This document shows positions 40,710 to 50,248 of a stretch of DNA of 64,000 nucleotides, piece after piece. The stretch is taken from positions 352,001 through 416,000 of the forward strand of contig JBJMOW010000005.1 in assembly GCA_045803545.1 (NCBI GenBank), given 5' to 3'. Position numbers and translations under genes: made by a program. The DNA comes from Gemmatimonadaceae bacterium (lineage in GTDB: Bacteria > Gemmatimonadota > Gemmatimonadetes > Gemmatimonadales > Gemmatimonadaceae). Below the pieces are notes generated by a model. That model saw only the letters and a program-made list of their open reading frames with translations. It had not been told where the DNA came from and made no database searches. Position 1 is the stretch's first letter; every line of letters starts with the position of its first letter.

Positions 40710-42019
40710 TGGGAGTACGAGCCCACTTCAGGGTTTGCGAGAATAGGCGACCACGCTGCCAGCCTCGCTCCCTTGCTGTGAGTGAGCTGCCGAGCGCGAC
40801 CGGATTCCGTATCCACGATCCACAACTGCTTGTCGCCACCACGCGACGACGTGAAAACAAGATGGCGTCCATCAGGCGCCCACGACGGATCTTCGTTCTC
40901 TCCCTCACTGGTCAGCTGCTTTGGTACCCGATCGCGCAGGTCGATCATCCAGACCTGGAAATTCCCGTTCTGCTGCTCGTACGCGATCGCGCGACCATCC
41001 GGCGACCAATCCGGACTCGCACGGTAGCTGCGCACACCAGGCTTGTACGGCGTGAGCAGCTGAACATTGGACCCGTCCGCATCCATAATATAAACCTGAG
41101 GCGACCCGGATCTTCCCGAAATAAACGCGACCTGAGTACCATCGGGACTGTATGATGGCGAAGTGTTGTCGGTGCCTCTGCCGATGGTGATTCTCTTCGG
41201 CTCTGTCGAATCCATCGACGCGAAAACCAGGTCTGTCCCGTTGCCGGTTCCGCGCGCGTAAAGAATCCCGTTTCCGTTCGGTTGATAGACCGGCGTGATG
41301 TTGAGACCGGCGCGAATCTGACTGACGCGACGCGTCTTGCCCGTCTTCACGTCGAGCTCCTGCACCTGAGTACCAGTATTGCCGAGTACGGTGAAGACTA
41401 CTGCTTCGCCCGACGGCGACCATGCTGGCGACAGAGCACCGCGTCCCGTCGTGATTGCGCGCGTCTCGGCGCCATCGCTATCGACGATTTTCAGCTCGCC
41501 GTTTATCACGTACGCGATACGGGTCTGGGCGATGCCGCGCTTTCCAAAAGTCCACGCTTCGATCTGATCGGAGACACCGTGTAAAGCAAATCGCCAATCG
41601 CGATCGCGACGATCGAAAAGAAAATGCTCGGACTGCAACAGCTGTCCCCGAGCCACGTCGTATGCGGCGACGTGGAGTCCCTGTGAAGTCGGCGTCATTC
41701 TCACCAGCAGCGCCGCTCCGAATTTCGCGAACAGTGGAAAATTGATTTTCTGGCCTGCCGACGGTGTCATCCCGCGCAACGTCTCGGCGTCGAGGTCGAC
41801 CACGGTGAACCGGTCGCTGTAATCGAGATCGCGTTGCACGATCGTGCGCAAAGAATCCCTGTCATCGTCCTGAACTGGCAGCACGATTACACCTGGCTTG
41901 GTACCGCTCTCGTAACTGAGCCCGAGGCGGACGCCAGGTGTCGTTGTCGTATCCTGGGCGCGCAAACCCATTGGAGCGACGAGAAGAGCAGCAAGTGCGA
42001 TTAAGACGCGACGATTCAT
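40706..42019 (-). CDS. tolB: TolB periplasmic beta-propeller protein
   Basis: DLDYSDRF, TRIAYV, PD40 repeats SPAWSPSG, SPSYSPDG, PSWAPDG. Confidence 0.9.
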   Translation of the reverse strand: MNRRVLIALAALLVAPMGLRAQDTTTTPGVRLGLSYESGTKPGVIVLPVQDDDRDSLRTIVQRDLDYSDRFTVVDLDAETLRGMTPSAGQKINFPLFAKFGAALLVRMTPTSQGLHVAAYDVARGQLLQSEHFLFDRRDRDWRFALHGVSDQIEAWTFGKRGIAQTRIAYVINGELKIVDSDGAETRAITTGRGALSPAWSPSGEAVVFTVLGNTGTQVQELDVKTGKTRRVSQIRAGLNITPVYQPNGNGILYARGTGNGTDLVFASMDSTEPKRITIGRGTDNTSPSYSPDGTQVAFISGRSGSPQVYIMDADGSNVQLLTPYKPGVRSYRASPDWSPDGRAIAYEQQNGNFQVWMIDLRDRVPKQLTSEGENEDPSWAPDGRHLVFTSSRGGDKQLWIVDTESGRARQLTHSKGARLAAWSPILANPEVGSYSQ

Positions 42020-42771
42020 TACTTCAGGAATTCCGGATCGAAGCTGAAGACGACAGGAAGCGCGTCGTCGGGAAAGCCGGCCGGCAACGGTCCGAATGCG
42101 CGCGTGCTCGAAGCGGCTTCGACCGCTCCCTGCGCTTCGAGATCGAACGAGAAATTGCCGGACTTTCTGATGAATGTGAGATCGGACACGGAGCCATCAC
42201 GATGGATTAAAAACCTTACTTCCGCTCTCAAACGAGCAGCGGGATTTCTTGGTTTGAAGTTCAGCGCAATCTGTCGAACGATGTTGTTGAGATACCCTGG
42301 AAACGGGAACTCGATCCCCTCAGCGCGCACCGTCGCAACGTCGGTTCCCTTCCCGCCAATCGGGCCTCCGCCCGCCTTCGGCGCGTCCGTCTTGGTCTGA
42401 GTGGTTGGCTTGGCTTCGGTCGGTGTTGTCGCTTTCGGTTTTGCCGCAGGAGCCGCTTTTGTCTGCGTCGGCGCCGGCCGTGCTTTCGCCGGCGCGGTCT
42501 TCGCCTTCGGGACAGGCGGTTCCTTGATCGTTGACGGAGCAGGTGTTGGCGGGGTAACAGGTGTTCTCGCCGCCTCTGCGGGCTTCACCTCACCGATCGC
42601 CCGCTCGCCAGGAGGCGCGGCGACGATATTGACCCGGTACATCGGTGGGAGGGCAACGGGCTTTCGCTCTTTAAGGCTGTTGAAGAGCAGCGTCGCGATC
42701 GCGACATGCAGCAGCGCCGAGAAGGTGAACGGAGCGGCGAGTCCCGAATTCTGCCGCGCTCCGTTGCGCAT
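42019..42771 (-). CDS. TolA/TonB-family energy transducer
   Basis: TM with SALLH motif, Pro/Lys/Ala linker, TonB_C-like SGNFSFD. Confidence 0.82.
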   Translation of the reverse strand: MRNGARQNSGLAAPFTFSALLHVAIATLLFNSLKERKPVALPPMYRVNIVAAPPGERAIGEVKPAEAARTPVTPPTPAPSTIKEPPVPKAKTAPAKARPAPTQTKAAPAAKPKATTPTEAKPTTQTKTDAPKAGGGPIGGKGTDVATVRAEGIEFPFPGYLNNIVRQIALNFKPRNPAARLRAEVRFLIHRDGSVSDLTFIRKSGNFSFDLEAQGAVEAASSTRAFGPLPAGFPDDALPVVFSFDPEFLK

Positions 42772-43184
42772 TACCTGGCCTCGGGCGGCTCGGCGACTAG
42801 TCCGATATCACCGACGCCCGCCGCTCTCATGATCGCCAGCACGCGCACGACTGTGCCGTAAGGGACGCCATCGTCGGCGCGCAGGTAGACCCCGCCGGTG
42901 CCGCGACGGTTTGCCAGCGCTTTGAAGCTTGCTGAGAACTGACTGAAGCTGAGACGCACATCATCAACATAGACCGCACCAGCGCGATCGATGGTCACCG
43001 TCAACCCGCTCTTCGATTCCAGCGGCCGCGACTCCGCTTTTGGCAGAGAGATGTCGACGCCGCCCTGCATCATGGGAGCCGTGATCATGAAGATGATCAT
43101 CAGCAACATCATCACGTCGATCAGGCTGACCACGTTGATCTCCGCGTTCAGTGCCAGGCGATCGCGACCGCGACGGCGCGCCAC
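42771..43184 (-). CDS. tolR: TolR/ExbD
   Basis: EINVVSLIDVMMLLMIIFMITAP, LRAD..VPYG. Confidence 0.88.
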   Translation of the reverse strand: MARRRGRDRLALNAEINVVSLIDVMMLLMIIFMITAPMMQGGVDISLPKAESRPLESKSGLTVTIDRAGAVYVDDVRLSFSQFSASFKALANRRGTGGVYLRADDGVPYGTVVRVLAIMRAAGVGDIGLVAEPPEAR

Positions 43185-43900
43185 TAGATCATTCCCTCGC
43201 GCACCATCAGCGCGATCAGCTCAGAGCCGAAGCTATCGAGCTCGCCTTCGATTCGGTTGAGACGCGCAGCAAAAATGTTGTACGCGAACACCGCGGGAAT
43301 TGCTACGCTCAACGCAGCTGCTGTTGCGATCAGCGCTTCCGCGACGCCAGGCGCGACCGCACCAATATTGCCCGATCCCTTCGCCGCGATTCCAACGAAG
43401 GCGTCGATGACGCCGAGCACGGTGCCAAGCAGTCCGATCAGCGGACTCACGGATCCGATGGTGGCGAGCGAAGCGACGAAGCGGGCAAGCCTGTCACGCT
43501 CCGTCGAAGTCTCGGCGGCGAGCACGAGCTGAAGCGCTTCGACCTGGGCTCCGCTGAAGCGCGCAGAACGCTCCGATGTGCCGGCGAGCGCGGGCCGAGT
43601 CTCCTCGATGAAGCGAGTCGCCCGCTCCATGACCTTCGCCGGCGGCCCGCCACTTTCGCTCGCCATCTGTTGCGCGCGGGCGAGCGTTGGCATTCCGGCA
43701 AACTCCCGCTCGAAACTCTGGGTGATGCGGAGCGCGCGACGCAGCTCGTACCACTTGGCGAAAATGATCATCCAGCTGATCAACGACAGGATGATCAGAA
43801 TGAACAACACCACTTTGGTGGCAGTCGTTGAATTGGTGACCAGCTCCGCTGGTGAGGTGGGGATTCCCTGCCCGACCTGGAGCAGCATTAAACCGGTCAC
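43184..43900 (-). CDS. tolQ: TolQ/ExbB
   Basis: SPLIGLLGTVLG, VAPGVAEALIATA, AIPAVFAYN. Confidence 0.88.
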   Translation of the reverse strand: MTGLMLLQVGQGIPTSPAELVTNSTTATKVVLFILIILSLISWMIIFAKWYELRRALRITQSFEREFAGMPTLARAQQMASESGGPPAKVMERATRFIEETRPALAGTSERSARFSGAQVEALQLVLAAETSTERDRLARFVASLATIGSVSPLIGLLGTVLGVIDAFVGIAAKGSGNIGAVAPGVAEALIATAAALSVAIPAVFAYNIFAARLNRIEGELDSFGSELIALMVREGMI

Positions 43901-44859
43901 GTCACCGCCTCACTCAACTGCTCGGCCGCCCACTTGTAGGATAGAGAAAGTCCTTCTTCCAATCCCACCTGCGGGGTCCAGCCAAGCAGCTGCTTCGCCT
44001 TCTCGACGTTTACATACGATTCCTGCTGCTCGCCGGGACGGTGAGGAGCAAATTCTACCGGTACGTTGCTGCCCGCTGCAGCCTGCAGTTTGCGCGCGAT
44101 CTCGATTACGGGTGTGCCAACACCGGTGCCAACGTTGAACGCGCGCGCATCCATTCTGCCTTTTTCAGGCAGCGGCTTGGTGCCCGCGAGGAAAACGGCG
44201 CGCGCGACATCTCCAACGTAGACGTAGTCGCGCGTCTGCATCCCGTCGCCAAAGATCGTCAGCGGCTTGTTGCTGAGAATGCGGCCGCAGAAAATCGCGA
44301 CCACTCCCGCTTCGCCGTGCGGATCCTGCCGCGGCCCGTAGACATTGCCAAACCTCACCGCAACCGCTTCCTGTCCGTGCACACGCCCGTAGTACGCGAG
44401 GTAGAGCTCGATACTCAGCTTCGAGATCGCATACGGAGATTCCGGATCCTTCGGATACGTCTCGAGGTTCGGCGGAGTGTTGAAGTCGCCGTAGAGCACC
44501 CCACCCGTCGACGTGAAAACCACGCGGCTCTTGAAGTCGCTCTTTCTCAGCGCCTCCATCATGTTGAGCGTGCCGAGGATATTGATGGTGGCGTCATGGA
44601 CCGGATCGGCGACGCTCTTTCGCACATCGATCTGCGACGCGAGATGCGCGATCACGTCATATCGACCCTTTCCTGCCAGATCTGCGAAATCGCGCGAGTT
44701 GACGCTGACCTCGTAGAACCGTGCTTTCTCGGGCAGATTTCGGCGTTTACCGGTGGCGAGGTTATCGACAATATCGACTTGATAGCCTTTCTCCAGAAAG
44801 AGATCGGCTACGTGCGATCCGATAAACCCAGCGCCGCCGGTGACGAGCGCTTTAGGCAA
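43897..44859 (-). CDS. NAD-dependent epimerase/dehydratase (GalE-like)
   Basis: VTGGAGFIGSH, YAISK, NVYGPRQ, TRDYVYV; TTG 44859 overlaps hemA stop. Confidence 0.92.
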   Translation of the reverse strand: MPKALVTGGAGFIGSHVADLFLEKGYQVDIVDNLATGKRRNLPEKARFYEVSVNSRDFADLAGKGRYDVIAHLASQIDVRKSVADPVHDATINILGTLNMMEALRKSDFKSRVVFTSTGGVLYGDFNTPPNLETYPKDPESPYAISKLSIELYLAYYGRVHGQEAVAVRFGNVYGPRQDPHGEAGVVAIFCGRILSNKPLTIFGDGMQTRDYVYVGDVARAVFLAGTKPLPEKGRMDARAFNVGTGVGTPVIEIARKLQAAAGSNVPVEFAPHRPGEQQESYVNVEKAKQLLGWTPQVGLEEGLSLSYKWAAEQLSEAVT

Positions 44860-46144
44860 TGTCTTTGGTATCCTCTGGTTTCGGATCGTGGCTGTCACCG
44901 CGCTCGAGGGCAAAGAGGTAGCGCGCGGCATCGACCACGCCGAGTCCCCGACCATTGGCGGCGGCGGCTTTGAGTCGAACGCTTGGCTCGTGCAGGAATT
45001 TGTTCATCAGTGATTTTGAGAATTGCTCGATCGCATCAGCTTGTTCGGGCGACAGCGGGCCGATGCGCTTGAGGGCTGCCGCAAGCTCCGTGCTTCGCAG
45101 CCGGTCCATCTCGTCGCGAAACTCGCGGACTACCGGTACTGCGGCAAGAGCCGCTACCCAGTCCCAAAACTTTTGTACCTCTTCCGCAATGACTTCTCTC
45201 GCGGCGGGGATGTCTTCCTCTCTGCGCTCGAGATTTGCCGCGGCAGCGGCGCGCAGATCATCGAGATCGTAGAGGAACACGTTGTCGAGCGTTCCCACAG
45301 CGGGATCGACATCGCGTGGCAACGCAATGTCGAGAATGCAAAGCGGACGATCGCCACGCGCTCTGATCGCATCGCTCACTCGATTCAGAGTGACCACCGG
45401 CACCGGCGCCGCCGTCGAGCAAATGAGAACGTCGACTTCGCGGAGCGAATCCCAGCACTGCTCGTAATGCATCGCCGTCGCGCCATGACGCTCGGCGAGC
45501 GTGCGGGCCCGATCGTGAGTGCGATTAGCCACGATCGCAACGCGGACCCCTTCGCTCAACAAACACTCGAGCGCCAGCTCTGCGACCTCACCGGCACCAA
45601 GTACCATCGCGCGCCTGCCTGCGAGTCCGCCAAAGATTTTCTTGGCGAGCTGAACTGCCGCCGAGCTCACTGATGCCGCGCCACGACCGATGCCGGTCTC
45701 TTCGCGCGCGCGCGACCCAGCGAGCAACGCGCTCTGGAACATTCGGTTCAGAATCGGCCCCGATTGAGAGCGCGACTGTTCCCAGGCGTCCTTTACCTGC
45801 CCGTGGATCTGCGCTTCGCCGAGTATCATGGAGTCGAGCCCCGCCGCAACGGAGAACAAATGCGCGGTGACTTCACGCTCGCGGTGAACGTACATGTACG
45901 TCTCGGCACCCTCACCGAGTCGCCCGGCGTAGAGCGCAGTGATGCGCGGAGTGAAATCCTCGCTCTCCGCGACGGCGTAAACCTCGGTGCGGTTGCAGGT
46001 CGAGAGCACGACGCCTTCGCGTATTACACCCTCTTCCTTCAGGGACGACAGCGCGTGCAACGACTCGCGCGCATTGAGAGCGAGCTTCTCTCGCACTTCG
46101 ATGGGGGCGGTGGCGTGGCTGACGCCTGCGACGATCAGCGCCAT
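44852..46144 (-). CDS. hemA: Glutamyl-tRNA reductase
   Basis: LSTCNRTE, GLDSMILGEAQI, GAGE, ANRT, DIALPRDV. Confidence 0.97.
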   Translation of the reverse strand: MALIVAGVSHATAPIEVREKLALNARESLHALSSLKEEGVIREGVVLSTCNRTEVYAVAESEDFTPRITALYAGRLGEGAETYMYVHREREVTAHLFSVAAGLDSMILGEAQIHGQVKDAWEQSRSQSGPILNRMFQSALLAGSRAREETGIGRGAASVSSAAVQLAKKIFGGLAGRRAMVLGAGEVAELALECLLSEGVRVAIVANRTHDRARTLAERHGATAMHYEQCWDSLREVDVLICSTAAPVPVVTLNRVSDAIRARGDRPLCILDIALPRDVDPAVGTLDNVFLYDLDDLRAAAAANLERREEDIPAAREVIAEEVQKFWDWVAALAAVPVVREFRDEMDRLRSTELAAALKRIGPLSPEQADAIEQFSKSLMNKFLHEPSVRLKAAAANGRGLGVVDAARYLFALERGDSHDPKPEDTKDIA

Positions 46145-46740
46145 GAGTCCAACCTGTCGACGAACGTGCCGTTCTCGACCGAGTTGCAGAAATCAGTGTC
46201 CAGCAACTTCGACGACACGTCCTGCCATCGATCATCACCGCTGGCGAGTGAGCGCGCGCGCAAGCCGCGCAGCACCGACACCGCTTGCTCGTACCGACTG
46301 TCGAAACGCTCCGCGATCGCATCGCGAATCCGCGCCGCCGCGCCAGGCACACCACCGGCTGAAACCGCGATCGTGACATCACCCGACCGATGCAGCGCCA
46401 TCGTGTGAAAATTTCCCTCGTCGGGAAAATCGGTGATGTTCACGAGTTGTCCGTTCGCGTTCGCGTCGATGGCGATTTGTGCATTGGCTTCGCGCGAATC
46501 GGTTGCGGCGACGACGAGGTTCGCGCCCTCTAGCTGGCCTGTCTCGTATTCATCGCGTATGACTGTGATTCGATGCTGGCGCTCGGCTTCCACGAGCTCG
46601 TCGTTCATTCGCGGCGCAACGACGGTTACCTGGGCTCCCGCGTCCGCGAGAGCGAGAGCCTTTCGCGTTCCCACCGAGCCTCCCCCGACGACGACCGCCT
46701 TGATACGCTCACCGTGGAGGGCGATTGCGAAATCACTCAC
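46135..46740 (-). CDS. Precorrin-2 dehydrogenase/sirohydrochlorin ferrochelatase (CysG-N/SirC type)
   Basis: VVGGGSVGTRK, LVVAATD, VTIAVSAGG.P; GTG 46740 overlaps upstream stop. Confidence 0.9.
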   Translation of the reverse strand: MSDFAIALHGERIKAVVVGGGSVGTRKALALADAGAQVTVVAPRMNDELVEAERQHRITVIRDEYETGQLEGANLVVAATDSREANAQIAIDANANGQLVNITDFPDEGNFHTMALHRSGDVTIAVSAGGVPGAAARIRDAIAERFDSRYEQAVSVLRGLRARSLASGDDRWQDVSSKLLDTDFCNSVENGTFVDRLDSWR

Positions 46741-47543
46741 AGGAACTGGCCCCGATTGAGTGACGCGAGTCGGAAAACCACGTACAACAACACAACGCTG
46801 CCGAAGGTGACCGCCGACATCAGCGCGGCTCGTCTCGCCTGCCAGCCGCGCAATACGCGACCGAGCACGAGGGCGCTGACCGCCAGCCACGCGGCGAGTC
46901 CCCAAATCAGCTGCGGGAGCACCAGCGCTCGATACTCGAGCGAGTAGGCGGCAGCGAGCGCGACACCGAGCGTCAGGCCGAGGAAGCCGGCAATCGAGGC
47001 GAGATGATTGACTCGATCGAGGGTCTCGAGGGGCGGAAAGAATCGAAAGATCGCGCCGAAGCGGGCGGATTTCAGCTCGCGACGCGCGACGAGGTACATC
47101 GTGCCCGCTGCCGCTGCGGTCGCGTAGGCGGCGATGCCGATAAAGCTGAGGACGATGTGCATCGTGAGCCACACGGCGCGCGCGCCTTGCGGCTCGAGAA
47201 ATGGGTGCAGACCAGCGACGTTCCCGACCATCGTCACGACTGCAGCCACTGGAGCCGCCACCAGCGTGAGACTCACTTCGCGGGCGAGGCTTTCCACGAC
47301 GACGAGCGAGATCGCCAGCACCAGCCCGGCGAACGAGAGCGCGGGACCGAGGCCGGTCAGCGACGCCGCACCACTCTGCCGAGTGAGGGTAGCGAGTGCG
47401 GTCGCATGGGCACCGATCCCCAGCAACAGCGCCAGCACCACGCCGAACACCGGCGCCTTGACGCGTCTGGCAAACGGCAAAGCCGCGACGGCCGAAGCCG
47501 CCAGGTAGAACGTGACGGCCGCGAAGTGAGCGATCGCAATCAT
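46737..47543 (-). CDS. CcsA/HemX-like cytochrome c assembly membrane protein
   Basis: About 8 TMs, WLTMH, PPLETLDR, GWQARR; next to heme genes. Confidence 0.8.
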   Translation of the reverse strand: MIAIAHFAAVTFYLAASAVAALPFARRVKAPVFGVVLALLLGIGAHATALATLTRQSGAASLTGLGPALSFAGLVLAISLVVVESLAREVSLTLVAAPVAAVVTMVGNVAGLHPFLEPQGARAVWLTMHIVLSFIGIAAYATAAAAGTMYLVARRELKSARFGAIFRFFPPLETLDRVNHLASIAGFLGLTLGVALAAAYSLEYRALVLPQLIWGLAAWLAVSALVLGRVLRGWQARRAALMSAVTFGSVVLLYVVFRLASLNRGQFL

Positions 47544-47559
47544 TGACGCGAAATCTAAC

Positions 47560-47591
47560 AAAAAGCCCCGCGAACTTGATCGCGGGGCTTT
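47560..47591 (-). terminator. Intrinsic terminator after LysM gene
   Basis: gccccgcga/tcgcggggc stem followed by U tract on minus strand. Confidence 0.85.
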
Positions 47592-47615
47592 GGTAAAGCG
47601 TGATTTCTTGGATAC

Positions 47616-48851
47616 TTATGGCATCTTGCCTGTCAGGCGCACCGGCATTCCATCCCGAATGGTCGGCTGTTCCTGGTGGACAATGATCGCCGTGGCGGAA
47701 AACGGAGTTACGCGAACTACCTGGCCAACGCCGGCAACCACCGGGGGCGCCGCATCGTTGTCCGCTCTGCCGGTAGTGTTGTCGATGAAGGTGACTTCGT
47801 CGCCAACCGTCAGACCGTTGGACGAGTTGTTCGAAATGATCACGTAGTGGCCGATCGAAGGCAGCACCGGCTCGTTGTGCACATAGACAACTTCGCCGCG
47901 TGGGCCGCCCGAGACCGGAGAAAGGCTGCCGTCGGGCAGCATGATCTCCGCCGCCGCGATCACGGGCTGATCCAGCTTGATCTCGGCGAACTGGCGGACA
48001 ATACGCGCGACAGGGCGCTGACCAGCCGGCAGTCGTTCGATTTGCAGAATTCCGGTCGGAATGATTACCTGACCGTTCCTGCCCAGATCGGGACCGAGCG
48101 TGTACGACATGTACCTATCGCCAAGTCTCGCCGTCGCGCCGCGAGGCAGCTCCGTGTACAGAGCATCATTCAGCTGATAGCGGGACTGCACGATGGTGGT
48201 TTTGATGCCGGGGCGATCGACGCTGGAGACGAGACGGCCGGCCCCACGGGGGCCGCGATCGGCATACGGGGCCGCTTCGATTTCCCCTCTCCGTACCGGA
48301 CTCTGACGAGCACGGCCGATGACTTCGCCGCTCGCCGCTGCTGCGGCCGTGGCGGCTGCGACGCGGCTCATTGGCGACGCGAAGATGGTGAGATCGGAAC
48401 GTCCGCCCACAACCTGTGACTGCTGCACGGTACTGGTCGCGACATGAGAGACGACTTCGCCCGCGCTGTCGGCGCGAGCGAGTGCGTCCGCCTTTACTTC
48501 ATTGCCCCAGATGCGGATTACTTCGCCCGGATAAATCCAGTGCGGGTCCTTCACGACGTCCGTGTTGCGGCGGAAGATCTCCGGCCAGCGGAACGGATTC
48601 TTCAAGTATGCTTGCGCGAGATCCCAGAGCGTGTCGCCCTTCTTGACGACGTGCTTCACTTCCCTGGTGGTGTCGGTCGTCATGACGAGGTTGTTCGTCG
48701 TGTCGACCTGAGCCGCGGTTGTGTCGGGAGGTGTCGGGTTCTGTGCGAGAGCCGCTGCGCCGGAAATCGTCAGCGCGGCGACGACTGTAATGGCGCTGAG
48801 GCCGGATCTAATTGCGATTAATGACGATGGCGTGCGGGTGTGACGGCTCAC
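47616..48851 (-). CDS. Exported LysM peptidoglycan-binding protein
   Basis: Signal peptide; [23 protein letters not shown]...DPHWIYPG. Confidence 0.9.
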   Translation of the reverse strand: MSRHTRTPSSLIAIRSGLSAITVVAALTISGAAALAQNPTPPDTTAAQVDTTNNLVMTTDTTREVKHVVKKGDTLWDLAQAYLKNPFRWPEIFRRNTDVVKDPHWIYPGEVIRIWGNEVKADALARADSAGEVVSHVATSTVQQSQVVGGRSDLTIFASPMSRVAAATAAAAASGEVIGRARQSPVRRGEIEAAPYADRGPRGAGRLVSSVDRPGIKTTIVQSRYQLNDALYTELPRGATARLGDRYMSYTLGPDLGRNGQVIIPTGILQIERLPAGQRPVARIVRQFAEIKLDQPVIAAAEIMLPDGSLSPVSGGPRGEVVYVHNEPVLPSIGHYVIISNNSSNGLTVGDEVTFIDNTTGRADNDAAPPVVAGVGQVVRVTPFSATAIIVHQEQPTIRDGMPVRLTGKMP

Positions 48852-48980
48852 TCGTGCTCCGGGACTTAACGGATTGACATTGGCCCGCTTAGGGCGGGTC
48901 AGTCATTGGACGGCCGTAGTTGGGGGAAAGTCACTCTCGGTGACTCGGCGTATGGAGCCGTGTGCCTGGCTGACATCCAG

Positions 48981-49149
48981 AATACAAAAGCCCGGAGCTT
49001 CCAGCTTTGGGAGCTGCTAAGCGCCGGGCTCGGTTTTGATTTGTCCTGCCCGCGAACCCGGATGAAAGCGCGCTTCCAACCGTGCTGGGCGCTAACTAGC
49101 TCCCTAAGCTGGGAGCTCCCGGCTTCTGTATTGTACGCGCCAGTCGAAG
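48981..49149. repeat. Long hairpin element, family C copy 1 (downstream of ssb)
   Basis: Imperfect IR 48981-49132 plus cagtcgaag; similar to 56503-56670. Confidence 0.82.
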
Positions 49150-49173
49150 CCCCCAGATCCCTACTCCGAGATA

Positions 49174-49674
49174 CTAGAAAGGCAGATCGTCGTCCGTCTC
49201 TTCCAGCGCCCCCGGGAAATCCTCGAAGTCGTTGCCACCCGCGTTGGACGTGGCGGCCTTGGCGCCGGCAGCGGCCGGAGCACGGCTGCGACCGCTGTTC
49301 TCGCCGTCAACGTCGCCCTGAGAGCCGCGACCCCCGCCGAGCATTGTCAACTCACGCACATTGATCTCGGTGCTGTAGCGGGTCTGGTTGTCTTTGTCCT
49401 GCCACTGGCGATACTCGATGCGGCCCTCGACGTAGATCTTGTCGCCTTTCTTACAGTATTTCTCGACGACGTCGGCGAGGCCGGAGCCTTTGGTGTTCCA
49501 CACCACGCAGCGATGCCACTCCGTCTTCTCCTGCTTCTCACCATTCGGCGAATTCCACTGCCGGCTCGTGGCAAGCGAGAACGTAGCGACGCGGTTGCCG
49601 CCGGTGGTCGACCGCACTTCCGGATCGCTGCCCAGGTTTCCGATCAGCATCACCTTATTCAGACTTCTGCTCAC
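49174..49674 (-). CDS. ssb: Single-stranded DNA-binding protein
   Basis: LNKVMLIGNLG.DPE, TEWH, C-terminal DDDLPF. Confidence 0.98.
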   Translation of the reverse strand: MSRSLNKVMLIGNLGSDPEVRSTTGGNRVATFSLATSRQWNSPNGEKQEKTEWHRCVVWNTKGSGLADVVEKYCKKGDKIYVEGRIEYRQWQDKDNQTRYSTEINVRELTMLGGGRGSQGDVDGENSGRSRAPAAAGAKAATSNAGGNDFEDFPGALEETDDDLPF

Positions 49675-49713
49675 TTTGCCTCCTGGCGAGAGAATTCGTT
49701 CCCCGCCGCGAAT

Positions 49714-49742
49714 AGTATAGATCGGGGTCCGACCCCGGGCAA
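49714..49742 (-). promoter_or_regulatory. Putative sigma70 promoter of ssb
   Basis: TTGCCC, 17 nt, TATACT; GGAGG RBS downstream. Confidence 0.6.
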
Positions 49743-49759
49743 ACCAACAATTTCAGCGA

Positions 49760-50248
49760 TCAGCAAAACTTCCCGCAGACTCCCCTCTCGTCGCCGGCGG
49801 GCTCCAACTGCAGGCGCATCACCAAGGCATCTTCGACCGGGCGCCGATAGTAATTCCGCCGGCGTCCGATTTCCTTGAACCCACGCGAGCCATACAGAGC
49901 GCGCGCGGCACGATTCGATTCGCGCACCTCGAGAAAAGCAGTCCGGACACCAGTACCATCGAGCTGGATGAGAACTGCATCGAGCATCTGGCCGGCGAAA
50001 CCACGACCGCGATAGTCCGGGTCGACGGCGACGTTCAACAGCTCAGCATCTGCCCCCACCGAGAACGCGATGATATACCCGACAACAGCGCTCTCCGGCG
50101 GCACGACGACAACGTGAAAGATAGCAGCCTGGCCTCCCAGAATGCGCTGAAAAGATTCTTCACTCCAGGGGTCAGCAAAGGAGGTGCGCTCGATGCGGAC
50201 GATCTCCGCGACATCCGATGATTGGGCGGGCCGCAGCAGCGCGGTCAC
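49760..50248 (-). CDS. rimI: RimI-type N-acetyltransferase
   Basis: F.DPWS, NVAVDP..RGRG, LEVRESN..A..LY, RRNYY...EDA. Confidence 0.92.
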   Translation of the reverse strand: MTALLRPAQSSDVAEIVRIERTSFADPWSEESFQRILGGQAAIFHVVVVPPESAVVGYIIAFSVGADAELLNVAVDPDYRGRGFAGQMLDAVLIQLDGTGVRTAFLEVRESNRAARALYGSRGFKEIGRRRNYYRRPVEDALVMRLQLEPAGDERGVCGKFC

